A DNA stretch of 64,000 bases from a virus: positions 64,001 through 128,000 of the IMG/VR virus record IMGVR_UViG_3300042934_001067. One strand, given 5' to 3'. Both the position numbers and the translations under genes were made by a program. The stretch's first letter is position 1, and each line of letters opens with the position of its first letter. Positions 18,457 to 28,255 of the stretch are shown one piece after another. The notes below the pieces were generated by a model. That model was not told where the DNA came from. It saw only the letters and a program-made list of their open reading frames with translations, and ran no database searches.

Positions 18457-19503
18457 ATGGGAAACTCTGGCCGAGGCCAGCGTCAGCCGTACCGAGTACT
18501 CGCGACCAGGCCGCCCAAGGGCAGCCAGCCGGAGCGGGTCTTCTCCTCCTCTTCGACGAGCCTGGCGAACATCGACCACGAGGCCCGGGAGTACGCCCGC
18601 AACGGCGCCACCTGCGAGATTCTCTACGTCCGCGACGACGGCACGTTCCACCGCCTGTTCGTCTACACGCCGGACAACGTCGCCGCCTTCGACGAGGACG
18701 CGGAGCGCGCCTCGGTCTACAAGCCGGAAGACATCATCCGCTGGTACCGCAAGCACCACGGCGCCCCCGAGCTGCTGGAGGGCATCACCGCCCGCAACCT
18801 CCGCACGAAGAAGCGCCCCGCGCCGACGGGCACGCCGACGGACAACGTGGTCCCCATCCAGTACCCGCAGGACGACGACGGCGGCGACGACGCGCCCCCG
18901 CTGGACGACTTCCGCCGACCGCCCTCCATCCAGGAGACGACGATGTCCGAGCAGGACCAGGCGCAGCCGACGCCGACCGCCAGCCCCGGGACGATCGAGC
19001 TGCACTTCGACGTCACGGGCTTCCCCGTCGTCGAGGCCAAGGACTTCAAGCCCGTGATCGCTGAAGTCATGGAGGTCAGCCTGTACCGCCGCAAGGACGG
19101 CACCCGCTACGTGGGGCGGATCCAGTTGCGGGGGCGGGCAGCGAAGAAGGACCACACCCCCGCCAACTCGCTCGGCAACCTCTGGTTCAACCCGGGCTCG
19201 CGGTACGCGGACGACAACACCCCGCGCTGGCTCCTCGACTTCGCCACCGAGCAGTGCGCCCCTTACCTCGCCCCGGCGGCGGAGGAACCGCCGACGGAGG
19301 CCCCGGCCGCCGTGGCGAAGCGACCGGCCACCCTCGCGGACATCAGGCGCGCTCTGAGCTACCTGCTCACCGGCCAGGAGGACTCCAGCGAGGGCCCGTT
19401 CGCCGTCCATGCGGCCGACGGCTTCCACGACGAGCCGTACGTGATCCTCCCCGCCAGGTCGATGGGCAAGATCCTCAACGAGATCGCCAAGGAGCGGTGG
19501 TGA
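18457..19503 (+). CDS. Hypothetical protein, 348 aa, with in-frame internal SD+ATG at 18943
   Basis: CCCGCCGAGGAGACACACC-ATG. Confidence 0.8.
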   Translation: MGNSGRGQRQPYRVLATRPPKGSQPERVFSSSSTSLANIDHEAREYARNGATCEILYVRDDGTFHRLFVYTPDNVAAFDEDAERASVYKPEDIIRWYRKHHGAPELLEGITARNLRTKKRPAPTGTPTDNVVPIQYPQDDDGGDDAPPLDDFRRPPSIQETTMSEQDQAQPTPTASPGTIELHFDVTGFPVVEAKDFKPVIAEVMEVSLYRRKDGTRYVGRIQLRGRAAKKDHTPANSLGNLWFNPGSRYADDNTPRWLLDFATEQCAPYLAPAAEEPPTEAPAAVAKRPATLADIRRALSYLLTGQEDSSEGPFAVHAADGFHDEPYVILPARSMGKILNEIAKERW

Positions 19504-19505
19504 CG

Positions 19506-20135
19506 ATGTCCGGCTACCGACCCCAGAACCGGGGTAACAAGAAGGAACTCCGCCTCGGCCCCGGCGTGACCCGACGGCTGAAGGCGGCTGGGGTCAACAT
19601 CTCCCCGAATGCCGCGAAGCACACCCGGTATGGCACCTTCGTCTCCGCCCGGGGCGAGTACATCTCGGTCTACGTCGACCTTGGCGCCACTGACACGGTC
19701 AGGGAGGTCGCCCAGGACATTGCTCGCATCGTGACGTCCTGGGGCCTCAGCCCCGAGGTCAGCGAGAAAACGCACGAGGACGGCATCCTGACGGCGCACG
19801 TGCGCTTCCGCCACCCCGCCCCGCCCCCGCCCGCCGAGCGCCGCAGGACGGCCCCGGCCGAGCCGGACCCGGAGTGGACCCGGCTCCAGGCCGACGCCGT
19901 TCAGGCCAACCTCATGATCGCGGGCTACTGGCGCAGCGAGGGCGTGACCGTGGAGCAGACGGCCCCCACGACCGTGACCGTCCTCGTGGCCGACGACGCC
20001 GCCGACGAGGTCCTGACGGGCGTCATCGAGGCGCTGCGCCGCAAGAAGTACACGGTCGCCGCCGACGGCCGCACGGTGACCGTCCGCAAGCCCAAGAAGG
20101 CCAAGAAGCCCCGCCCGCCCCAGATCGGATGGTAG
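19506..20135 (+). CDS. Hypothetical protein
   Basis: Coupled to upstream gene; start may be GTG 19500. Confidence 0.7.
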   Translation: MSGYRPQNRGNKKELRLGPGVTRRLKAAGVNISPNAAKHTRYGTFVSARGEYISVYVDLGATDTVREVAQDIARIVTSWGLSPEVSEKTHEDGILTAHVRFRHPAPPPPAERRRTAPAEPDPEWTRLQADAVQANLMIAGYWRSEGVTVEQTAPTTVTVLVADDAADEVLTGVIEALRRKKYTVAADGRTVTVRKPKKAKKPRPPQIGW

Positions 20136-20137
20136 CC

Positions 20138-20596
20138 ATGCCGAAGACGACCATGACCAACAGTTGGCCGTGTCCGGGCTGCCGCGATCGCGTCACCCTC
20201 ACCCGCACCCAGCGGCTGCGCGCCCATGACGACCCCCGCACCGGCCAGCCGTGCCCTGGCAAGGGTCTCTGCATTGCCGAGCCTGAGTACCCGCAGCTCA
20301 TCAAGCTCTGGGGCTGGGAGACCGGCCAGGAGCTGATGAAGCAGCAGTCGCCGGGCTGGGTGACGCCGATGGAGTCCGGTCCGCACCCGCTCGGCGCCCT
20401 GCAGCAGATCGCCATGAAGGCGTACCCCAACGCGGAGAGCTTCGGATACGGCGCCGGTAAGGGCATCACGTTCCGCGTCAGCCGCTGGTGGTACTTCGCC
20501 GCGTCGGACGGCCACGTCGGCGAGAAGTACCCGTTCCGCCCGGATGCCGCCGATGCTCTCCACGAGTACGTGAAGACCAAGGAGGCGACGTCGTGA
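20138..20596 (+). CDS. Zn-ribbon hypothetical protein
   Basis: CPGC...H...CPG. Confidence 0.7.
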   Translation: MPKTTMTNSWPCPGCRDRVTLTRTQRLRAHDDPRTGQPCPGKGLCIAEPEYPQLIKLWGWETGQELMKQQSPGWVTPMESGPHPLGALQQIAMKAYPNAESFGYGAGKGITFRVSRWWYFAASDGHVGEKYPFRPDAADALHEYVKTKEATS

Positions 20597-20976
20597 GCAA
20601 GTTCACCGACGACGCCCGGAAGGCGCTGGGTGTCAGCAACGAGATCCACATCGCCCAGCGGTACGACTGCGTCACCGTCGGCTACACAACGGCCCACGCT
20701 CACGCCATCTCCTACAGCGACCGGCACGCCACGACGTACCGCTACGTGGACGGCAAGCGGCGACAGAAGGAGTTCCGCGCGCGCTCGGCGCCGACGGCTG
20801 TTGAGGAGCGCCGCCAGTGCGTCGAGCAGGCCAAGGTGTGGGCCAGCGAGCAGTTCGAGATCGCCGAGTGGGTGCCGACCGGTTTCCCGAACTCGTGGAT
20901 GCCCAAGGACGCCAAGGACCGCATGACGGCCGACCTGAAGGCATGGCGCAAGGCTCAGAAGGAGACGACGTCGTGA
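20593..20976 (+). CDS. Hypothetical protein
   Basis: GTGA coupling, SD AAGGAGG. Confidence 0.75.
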   Translation: MSKFTDDARKALGVSNEIHIAQRYDCVTVGYTTAHAHAISYSDRHATTYRYVDGKRRQKEFRARSAPTAVEERRQCVEQAKVWASEQFEIAEWVPTGFPNSWMPKDAKDRMTADLKAWRKAQKETTS

Positions 20977-21461
20977 CGGAGACGTGGACGGTCTACCTGG
21001 AGGCCGGTGCCGAGGTCACCGACGACGAGGTGAAGCGCATCGGTGACCTGCTGGAGGAGGAGGCGCCCGGGGCCGTAATGGCCCCGGCGCCGGTCCTCGG
21101 CTGCCGGTTCGTCCTCGACGACGAGCCGCTGCCGTCGCGGGCCCTGGTGGCCGCGCAGAGCCTGTTCGTAACGGCGGTCCGCAAGGCACTGCGGACCCGG
21201 CGGGTGGCCGAGGAGTGGGACGACGTCACGATCACCCGGGCCGAGCTGGCCTTGGGCGCCGACCCGGGCTGGGTGCCCCGGGGACTGATCACGCACCGGG
21301 GGCTGGCCGCCCGGTGCGGGTTCAGCGAGACGTACGTCCGGCGCCTGATGCACTACAAGGGGGCTCCGGAGCCGGTCGCCGTCGAGGGCGGCGACCGGGC
21401 GGCCATCTACGACACGGAGTCGGCGGTGCGGCACCTGGAGCGGATCAGAGCGAAGGCGTAG
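20973..21461 (+). CDS. Protein with C-terminal AlpA/excisionase-like HTH
   Basis: LITHRGLAARCGFSETYVRRLMHYKGAPEPV. Confidence 0.65.
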   Translation: MTETWTVYLEAGAEVTDDEVKRIGDLLEEEAPGAVMAPAPVLGCRFVLDDEPLPSRALVAAQSLFVTAVRKALRTRRVAEEWDDVTITRAELALGADPGWVPRGLITHRGLAARCGFSETYVRRLMHYKGAPEPVAVEGGDRAAIYDTESAVRHLERIRAKA

Positions 21462-22008
21462 CCGACGCGGCCCAGGAGGCCACGCGGGGGCGGCAGTAGT
21501 CTCCCTGCGTGGCCTCCTGGCCGTCCAGGGGCCAGCTGCACCAGATGACCTTGCCGTTGAAGAACGGGCCGTGGTCGACCCCGGCGGCCGTGGCCATGTG
21601 GGCGACCAGGAGCAGGCCCCGGCCGCGTTCGCTGTCCTCGGGCAGGTTCATGAGCATCTCGGGGGCTCTGAACCGGTCGGGGAGTTCGGGGATGTGGTCG
21701 CGGTCGCGGTCGTGGACGCCGATCCGCAGCCAGCGGCACCGGGCGCCGACGATGGCGCTGGTGACGTGGAAACGAGGACGCTCGCGGACGTCGCATGCGT
21801 GCCGGACGACGTTGGTCGACAGCTCCGATAAGCACAACAGGGCGGCCTCGGTGATTTCCTCGTCGAGGCCGCCCTGTTTCGCCCGGTGGCTGAAGTCGTC
21901 CCTGACGACGGCGATACTGTGCTCATCGGTGTCGTAGACGTGGCGGTAGACCAGGCTGCGGAGCGATCCCAGTGGCGGTCTGGGCGCCTGGTGGTGCGGG
22001 GAGTGCAT
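21445..22008 (-). CDS. HATPase_c anti-sigma-factor-like ATP-binding protein
   Basis: LSELSTNVVRH, VHD, ERGRGLLLV, GKVIW. Confidence 0.9.
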   Translation of the reverse strand: MHSPHHQAPRPPLGSLRSLVYRHVYDTDEHSIAVVRDDFSHRAKQGGLDEEITEAALLCLSELSTNVVRHACDVRERPRFHVTSAIVGARCRWLRIGVHDRDRDHIPELPDRFRAPEMLMNLPEDSERGRGLLLVAHMATAAGVDHGPFFNGKVIWCSWPLDGQEATQGDYCRPRVASWAASATPSL

Positions 22009-22229
22009 GACGGTAACTCCCAGGCAGGAGTGGCGGATGAGTCCGGCTCACACCGTTGCGGTACCCAGCGTAAGCAGGTTGGTACCTACCGTTCCGGAAG
22101 ATCTCGCAACTTGCAAGTCCTCATGATGAGAATGTGCACGAACGTGTGGCTGGCCTGATCACCCTTCCGGGGTGCAGACTGACTCCAGCCCAGGACACCA
22201 ACACCCGGGCCGACAAGGGGAGGAGAGAC

Positions 22230-23096
22230 GTGGCGTACAGTGCGCGGCCGACGATCCGCACCCGGATCCTGGGCAAGATGCTCAAGACCGCTCGTGAAGG
22301 AGCGGGACTGACTGCTGCCGAGGTGGAGGAGAAGCTAGGCATCTCCAAGCCGACTCTCTATCGCTACGAGTCTGGCCACACCACCCCGAAGAAGGTGCTG
22401 ATCTGGCCTCTCTGCGATCTCTACGGGATCGACAAGGAGGAGCGGATCCGACGTCTGGAGGAATGGGCCGAGCGTGCGAAGAACCGCACTCCGCTCGGCG
22501 AGGCCAGCAACGTCGGCCCCACCTACACCGACTACGCGGACGCGGAGAGCCTGTCGACTGCTCTGCGTACGTGGGAGCCGTACGTGATTCCAGGGCTGCT
22601 CCAGACCACGAGGACGTCCGAGGAGGCCATCAGCCGGGGCCTGCTTGCGCAGCCTGGTCAGCCCCTCGTCGGCTCCGACGTGGTTGCGGGGCATCTGGCT
22701 TTGCGCGAGACCCGCAAGAAGCTCTTGGAGGCCGAGGTGCGCCCGCAGGTGTGGGCCATCATCGGAGAGGCGGCCATCATGACGCCGCCCGCCAAAGGCG
22801 ACACCGACGCTCACCGTGAGCAGATTCAGCACCTGCTCAACGTGGGTGAGACGAAGGCCAGCATCCAGATCCTCCCCTTCAGCTCCGGTATGCACGCCGG
22901 GCTGTCGGGTTCCTTCACCATCCTGACCGTCGTAGACGTTGAGATGGCGCACCGAGAGGGCTACGGCGACGGCATTTTCGTGGAAGATGAAGAGCAAGTC
23001 GCCATCTACCGCGCCCGCTACGAACGGCTTCAGAGCGAAGCTCTGACCGTGCCGGAGTCGCGCCGGTACCTGCATGACTTCCTCGGCCGCCTGTGA
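22230..23096 (+). CDS. Xre HTH + DUF5753 regulator (WhiJ-like)
   Basis: LGKMLKTAREGAGLT...YRYESG; IPGLLQT; IGEAAI; IQILPF. Confidence 0.9.
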   Translation: MAYSARPTIRTRILGKMLKTAREGAGLTAAEVEEKLGISKPTLYRYESGHTTPKKVLIWPLCDLYGIDKEERIRRLEEWAERAKNRTPLGEASNVGPTYTDYADAESLSTALRTWEPYVIPGLLQTTRTSEEAISRGLLAQPGQPLVGSDVVAGHLALRETRKKLLEAEVRPQVWAIIGEAAIMTPPAKGDTDAHREQIQHLLNVGETKASIQILPFSSGMHAGLSGSFTILTVVDVEMAHREGYGDGIFVEDEEQVAIYRARYERLQSEALTVPESRRYLHDFLGRL

Positions 23097-23121
23097 GCCG
23101 AGGAGAACCGAAAGGAACACC

Positions 23122-23319
23122 ATGGAGTACACCGACTTCCACAAGTCAAGTGCAAGCGGCTCGGGCGAGAACTGCGTCTATCAGGGTGTCGCCCGCGACG
23201 CCGACGGCGCCGTTGCCAAGGTCGGCTTCTACGACAGCAAGCAGGAGGAGGGCCAGCGCGTCATCGTCGGCGTCGCCCCGGCCGCCTGGACCGCGTTCGT
23301 GGACAGCGTCCGCGCCTGA
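23122..23319 (+). CDS. DUF397 protein
   Basis: FHKSSAS...NCV...DSK...AWTAFV. Confidence 0.9.
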   Translation: MEYTDFHKSSASGSGENCVYQGVARDADGAVAKVGFYDSKQEEGQRVIVGVAPAAWTAFVDSVRA

Positions 23320-23341
23320 CACACCCGCTCAGCACGCAGGA

Positions 23342-23372
23342 AGGCCCCCGGCAGACGAAGTGCCGGGGGCCT
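23342..23372. terminator. Hairpin between convergent genes
   Basis: AGGCCCCCGGCA...TGCCGGGGGCCT. Confidence 0.7.
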
Positions 23373-23403
23373 CTCCCGTATCAGAATCGACCAGTGGCGG
23401 CCG

Positions 23404-23874
23404 TTACTCAACCCCGCCCGTCCGGGGACCTTGCGGGATCTTCGCCCGCTCCCAGACCAGGCAGTTGCTGCTGTCGAAGAACTCGCCCGCGTGCAGCTCG
23501 ACATACGCGTCACCCCGGGACGTGTTCTGGGCGATGACGGACCGCAGCTCGCCGCTGGCGTCCTCGGCACGCGTCCAGGTGCAGGGGCGGGAGTTGCCTG
23601 TCGAGTGGTAGATCCCCGGCCGGACGTCGGCGTGATCGGTCGTGCCGACGAGGAACGTTCCGTCGCCGGGGATCGTCGTCTCCGTCGGTGTGCCGACGTT
23701 CGTGGCGCTCGGCGACGGCGCCGGGGGGATCGACTTCGACGCTATGGAGAAACCGGCGAATATCCCGACGACAAGCAGAGTGAAACCCAATACGTAGGCG
23801 CGGGGCGGCATTCTCCTGGGGTGCCCTGCACGGGAGTCCGAGTCGCCGTTGACCTCGGTGGATTCCCCACTCAT
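23404..23874 (-). CDS. Membrane-anchored/secreted protein
   Basis: TM segment; IPGDGTFLVG.DVRPGIY...CTW...C. Confidence 0.75.
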   Translation of the reverse strand: MSGESTEVNGDSDSRAGHPRRMPPRAYVLGFTLLVVGIFAGFSIASKSIPPAPSPSATNVGTPTETTIPGDGTFLVGTTDHADVRPGIYHSTGNSRPCTWTRAEDASGELRSVIAQNTSRGDAYVELHAGEFFDSSNCLVWERAKIPQGPRTGGVE

Positions 23875-24167
23875 GAACCAGCCTTTTCCCTGTCAGCGCG
23901 TGCGCGGATATCGCCTTCATTCACTCGATGGAGAATGCGTCCGGTGGCGGGTGTCCGAACGACTGCAGAACGCATCGAGGTCGGGTGGTTGAATATGCAG
24001 GCAAATGGAACCTACCCCATCTCTGGGGTGACCGCAACGCTCCGACTGCGGTCTCGCGATCTTGCTCCCGTTCACCACTTCAACATCTTCATGTCGACAT
24101 AGTTCTGTCAGAACGATTCTCCGCTCGGGACGGTTGAGCACCTCCTTCCGGTTCCCGGACCACCGTA

Positions 24168-24183
24168 TCGAACACTCATTCGA
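24168..24183. promoter_or_regulatory. Probable LexA (SOS) box
   Basis: TCGAAC-ACTC-ATTCGA, one mismatch to actinobacterial TCGAAC-N4-GTTCGA. Confidence 0.55.
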
Positions 24184-24304
24184 ACACGCGAGTGGAACGG
24201 TGGCGTGTCGTCGCCTTGGTCAACGAACAGACCTCGAACAAGGTCACGCCGGGTGGCGTGACCGTTCCGTGAAAGAGGCGTGAGGGAGACGAGGAGTCGC
24301 TACG

Positions 24305-24541
24305 GTGACACCAGCTACGGCCCTCCCCGGTCTCGACGGAGAGGGCCGTACGCTCTTCCTCATGGCCGCCACCATGCCCCACCGCTGCGACGAGACCTGC
24401 GTGTGCCCGATCCATGGCACCCCGATGTGGTACTCGCCCGCCTCCGACGACCACGCCTGTCAGGACGCTAACTGCGTCTACGCGGGCGGCGTGCGGGCGC
24501 TGTACGGCGTCTGGATGGACGTCTTCCGCCCCTTCCTGTGA
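24305..24541 (+). CDS. Small Cys/His-rich protein
   Basis: GAGGAG then GTG; CDETCVCPIH...HAC...C. Confidence 0.65.
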   Translation: MTPATALPGLDGEGRTLFLMAATMPHRCDETCVCPIHGTPMWYSPASDDHACQDANCVYAGGVRALYGVWMDVFRPFL

Positions 24542-24601
24542 CCCCCGGCCGCAGAGTTAGTTACCTCCTGGGCGTAACGAACTCTGCAGACCAGCGTGGG
24601 A

Positions 24602-25753
24602 TCACGCTTCTTCGTCGGGCAGGAGGCGGCGCCACGTTCCATCGACGAGCGCCTGCTTCAGGGTGGGGATCAGGACTCCTGTCACCGGCCCGCGCTTCCT
24701 CAATTCGTCCCGCCGGATCTCTGTCGTCCCCGGCACGCAGAAGGGCTCGAACGCCGACATGAGGGCCTGGAGCTGCTCCGGGTGCCGCCGTGCGAGTTCT
24801 TCCCGGGAGTCACCCCGGGCCTCGTGCCAGGGGCGCTCGATCTCCTCACGTCGGGCGGAGACCGCCCGGGCCAGCTGCCGGGCGTGCATCATGCACTCCC
24901 GGTGCCGCTGGGCCAGTCCTCGGACGAACCTGCGCCGGTTGATGATCTGGCGGGCCTCTTCGGTACGCATGTCCTGCAGGCTGGAGACGTCCAGTCTGGG
25001 CAGGCTCACACTGAACGCCGGGGTTACGCCTGCCAGTTCGCAGTGCCTGTCCCGCAGGTGCTCCAGGGCGCCGTACCAGCGGCCCAGCAGCAGGGGATGC
25101 CTCAGCTCGGAGCACCGCTCCTCCTGCTGCGTCACATCCCTGGCCGCATGGTGCGTCAGGGCTGGCGTCGGCATGTCCAGGAAGGCCTGGACACCAGGCG
25201 TGACGGGCGCGTGGATCATTCCCCTGCGGACCGCGTCCTCAATCGATTCGAACCTGTCGGCGTAGCGGGCGTCGGCAAAGGGCATCTTGGCGGGCAGGCC
25301 CCGGCGTGCGATCTCGGCGGCGGCCAGCTCGTCGCGCTCCTCCTTGTAGTGCCGGGACAGGAGCGCGAGGCAAGCCAGTCTGGCGTCCTTCATGTGGGCG
25401 GGCAGCATGTCCCAGCCCTGCTTGCCGTCCCTCTCCCTCATCAGCCGGTGGACATGCCCCAGCCGCTGGGAGACGAGGCCGGAGTGCTTCACGGTGCTCT
25501 CCAGCCGCCGGTCGCGGGTGTAGTCCATCCGCTCCACGCTGGACTTCAGCTCTCCCGACGCCGCGTACAAGGCATCCGCCCACTGCTCCAGCCAGTCGTC
25601 GCTGCACAGAGCCTCGGTCACGGTGGGGTGCACCAGGCCGGTGGCCTCCGCCACGGCGGTGGAGGTGAGGACGGAGAAGTCGACTTCCCACCACCGCTCC
25701 AGCTCCTCGTACGGCATGGTGCGGATGACGGACATGGGCAGGTACGAAGGCAT
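24602..25753 (-). CDS. Hypothetical helical protein
   Basis: Start refined to ATG 25753; long ORF. Confidence 0.7.
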   Translation of the reverse strand: MPSYLPMSVIRTMPYEELERWWEVDFSVLTSTAVAEATGLVHPTVTEALCSDDWLEQWADALYAASGELKSSVERMDYTRDRRLESTVKHSGLVSQRLGHVHRLMRERDGKQGWDMLPAHMKDARLACLALLSRHYKEERDELAAAEIARRGLPAKMPFADARYADRFESIEDAVRRGMIHAPVTPGVQAFLDMPTPALTHHAARDVTQQEERCSELRHPLLLGRWYGALEHLRDRHCELAGVTPAFSVSLPRLDVSSLQDMRTEEARQIINRRRFVRGLAQRHRECMMHARQLARAVSARREEIERPWHEARGDSREELARRHPEQLQALMSAFEPFCVPGTTEIRRDELRKRGPVTGVLIPTLKQALVDGTWRRLLPDEEA

Positions 25754-25904
25754 CGCAAGGTGTCCCTTCGGGCAATGGCGGGCGCCGCACGGGAAGTTGG
25801 CCTGGCGAGGGCCACCCCTGGGCGTAGTCGGCAGTCTAGAACGCCCGAGGGCACAGCGAGGGCCGTTCCGCCCACGGACCCGCGACACTTGCGGTAACCG
25901 GCAG

Positions 25905-26333
25905 TTACCGATGCTTACGACGCTCGACTCCAGAGCTGCGCCTCGCGGGACCGCGCGGTTGGGGCCTGCGGCGGCCATGACGGCACCTGTCCCCGTTTCG
26001 GATCTTGCCGAGAGTGGGTTTACACGTCCGCCCGCACTCGATGCAGACGACGGGCCACCCCTTGCTCAGCGCGCCGGGATAGTCCTCCAGGGGCACATAC
26101 CCGGCCCTGCGGATCTCGGCCTCGGCCTCCTCGGCAGTGGGGGCGGCAGGCAGACAAGCGCACCCCTGACGCAGCAGGCTGAACGAACGCACCTGCACGC
26201 GCCGCTCCCGCCCACACTTCGGGCACTTCAGCAACCAGGGGGTGCTCGTGTCCCCTGGATAGGGCTCGGCAGGTATCAGTCCCAGTGCGTTGGCACGCCG
26301 TCGTGCCTCGTTGTGATCGACTCGCTCAGCCAT
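25905..26333 (-). CDS. Tandem zinc-ribbon protein
   Basis: Two YPG...W...CxxCG repeats; SD GGAGG. Confidence 0.7.
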   Translation of the reverse strand: MAERVDHNEARRRANALGLIPAEPYPGDTSTPWLLKCPKCGRERRVQVRSFSLLRQGCACLPAAPTAEEAEAEIRRAGYVPLEDYPGALSKGWPVVCIECGRTCKPTLGKIRNGDRCRHGRRRPQPRGPARRSSGVERRKHR

Positions 26334-26424
26334 GACCTCCCCCTCGTCGGCACGCAGCATCCTAGGCCCCAGCGCTGGTCGATAACTGGCATTATTGACC
26401 CGAACTCCCGGGGGGTATGTAAAA

Positions 26425-26739
26425 ATGTCGTCCGTGACCGCCAACACAGAGAAGCTCTGCGAGAGCTGCCGACGCGAACCCGCCACCGCTGTCAACCAGT
26501 GGACCGGCCACCTCGTCGGAGAGAGATGCGCGCGCATCAGCAGCCGCATCCAGACGGACACCATCACCGTGCAGAACATCGAGAGTGTGCTGCGCAACGC
26601 TGTCACCGAGGACGGCGAGGACTACACCGGCTACCAGAGCACAGCCATCGAACTCATCGCCGAACTGCTCGTCTACCAGACCAAGCGCATCGCCGACCTG
26701 GAGGCCGTCGTGGCCAAGCTGACCAAGGAGAACTCATGA
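26425..26739 (+). CDS. Hypothetical protein
   Basis: First gene of a coupled operon; start uncertain. Confidence 0.65.
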   Translation: MSSVTANTEKLCESCRREPATAVNQWTGHLVGERCARISSRIQTDTITVQNIESVLRNAVTEDGEDYTGYQSTAIELIAELLVYQTKRIADLEAVVAKLTKENS

Positions 26740-27080
26740 CCACCACCCTGACCCTGCCGTCCGTACGCAACCTCGCCCCGTACGGCTACAACGAGACCTG
26801 CGACATGGCGGACGAGACGTACCTGCGGGAGATCGAGGACGCCATCTGCGCGGGCCGAGTCCTCGACACCGTCGCCAGCTCGAAGGACCGCAGGGAGACG
26901 CCCCGGCAGGAGGTGTCGGTGACCTGCTTCCGGGACCCCCGCGCGGGCGAGATCCGGTATGCGGTCGAGATCTGGAATGGCGGCCGGAACGGCAGGTACG
27001 ACTACGCCGACAGGAAGACGGCCGGTGAGGAAGCGGAGCAGTGGGTCCGGTCGATCAGCATCCAGCCCACCGGCCGGTGA
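26736..27080 (+). CDS. Hypothetical protein
   Basis: ATGA coupling, SD AAGGAG. Confidence 0.75.
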   Translation: MTTTLTLPSVRNLAPYGYNETCDMADETYLREIEDAICAGRVLDTVASSKDRRETPRQEVSVTCFRDPRAGEIRYAVEIWNGGRNGRYDYADRKTAGEEAEQWVRSISIQPTGR

Positions 27081-27379
27081 CGGACGTGACCACCGAGAGC
27101 AAGACCCGACTCCGGAAGATCGACACGATCAACAAGCAGTTCGCCGTGGTGACGTACGAGGCCACCCGCGACGGAGTCGTCCTCGGCACCGTCACGAAGT
27201 ACGACGAGCCCGCCCACACGACGGTGAGGTCCTGGAAGTCGGGGAGGCCCCAGCAGGTGCTGCGCGAGTACCGCGAGATCTACTGGGCGTGCGACCCAGA
27301 CCCCTACAGGGAGGGGTACCGCCTCCGCTCGGACTGCGTGAAGGCCCTGGAGCGCATCGCCGGGGTGGTGGGCTCGTGA
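27077..27379 (+). CDS. Hypothetical protein
   Basis: GTGA coupling. Confidence 0.7.
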   Translation: MTDVTTESKTRLRKIDTINKQFAVVTYEATRDGVVLGTVTKYDEPAHTTVRSWKSGRPQQVLREYREIYWACDPDPYREGYRLRSDCVKALERIAGVVGS

Positions 27380-27570
27380 GCACCCTGACCTTCCGGTGGC
27401 CGATGCCGCGCGACACCGTCGTCACCCAGGAGGCCGCCGACGGCCTGGTCGGCAAGAACTTCCATACAGGTGGCATCGCAGGCGTTGCACGCGGCACTGT
27501 CACCGCCGCCACGGTGGTCGACGAAGGCAAGGCCGTCGAACTGGCCGTAGACCTGGGCGCGACCTCGTGA
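27376..27570 (+). CDS. Hypothetical protein
   Basis: GTGA coupling. Confidence 0.65.
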   Translation: MSTLTFRWPMPRDTVVTQEAADGLVGKNFHTGGIAGVARGTVTAATVVDEGKAVELAVDLGATS

Positions 27571-27851
27571 GTACCAAGGCCCGGCTCCGCAAGGTCGAGC
27601 CCCGGAACAAGTCGGGCTGCCAGGCCACCTACGCCGTTCTGATCGACAACAAGATCGAGGGGTACGTCGACAAGTACGTGCACCAGGAGGTCACGCGCGG
27701 GGGTGGCCAGCGCAGCGGGCGCACCACCCGGACGGCCATGTACACCACCTGGGGCTATCGGCGGCCCGGCACGCTGGAGGTACCCCCGGGCTGCAGCCGC
27801 CGCAGCGACGCCGTCGATCGGCTCGTCGCCTCTTTGGAGAGGTCCTCGTGA
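27567..27851 (+). CDS. Hypothetical protein
   Basis: GTGA coupling. Confidence 0.7.
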   Translation: MSTKARLRKVEPRNKSGCQATYAVLIDNKIEGYVDKYVHQEVTRGGGQRSGRTTRTAMYTTWGYRRPGTLEVPPGCSRRSDAVDRLVASLERSS

Positions 27852-28255
27852 CCACCGACGCGCCACCGTTCGAGGTGCTGCCGAAGCAGACGTACGTGCC
27901 GTGCAAGACGGACTACCTCTGGGGGGAGACGGTCCACAAGCCCTTCGTCGTGTGGGTCGTGGACGGCGACCGGGTCAAGGTCTGGGATCCGACCGGCGGT
28001 CAGCGTATGGGCGGCTTCCGGTGGATCGCGCGCCGCAACCTGCACGAGAGCGGCACCACCGCACGGGGCAAGGAGCGACGGACCGGCTTCCGCCTGCGCT
28101 GCGGGCCGCCGACGTCGAAGGACCAGGAGCTGTGCGGCTCCTGCTTCCGCTGGGTCGACCCCGAGGGGATGGCCGTGTCGGCCTGGACGCTCGGGCACAG
28201 CACCTGCAAGCCGTGCAAGGCCGAGATCGACGAGAGGTACGGGACACTGTCGTGA
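27848..28255 (+). CDS. Hypothetical protein with CxxC pairs
   Basis: GTGA coupling. Confidence 0.7.
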   Translation: MTTDAPPFEVLPKQTYVPCKTDYLWGETVHKPFVVWVVDGDRVKVWDPTGGQRMGGFRWIARRNLHESGTTARGKERRTGFRLRCGPPTSKDQELCGSCFRWVDPEGMAVSAWTLGHSTCKPCKAEIDERYGTLS

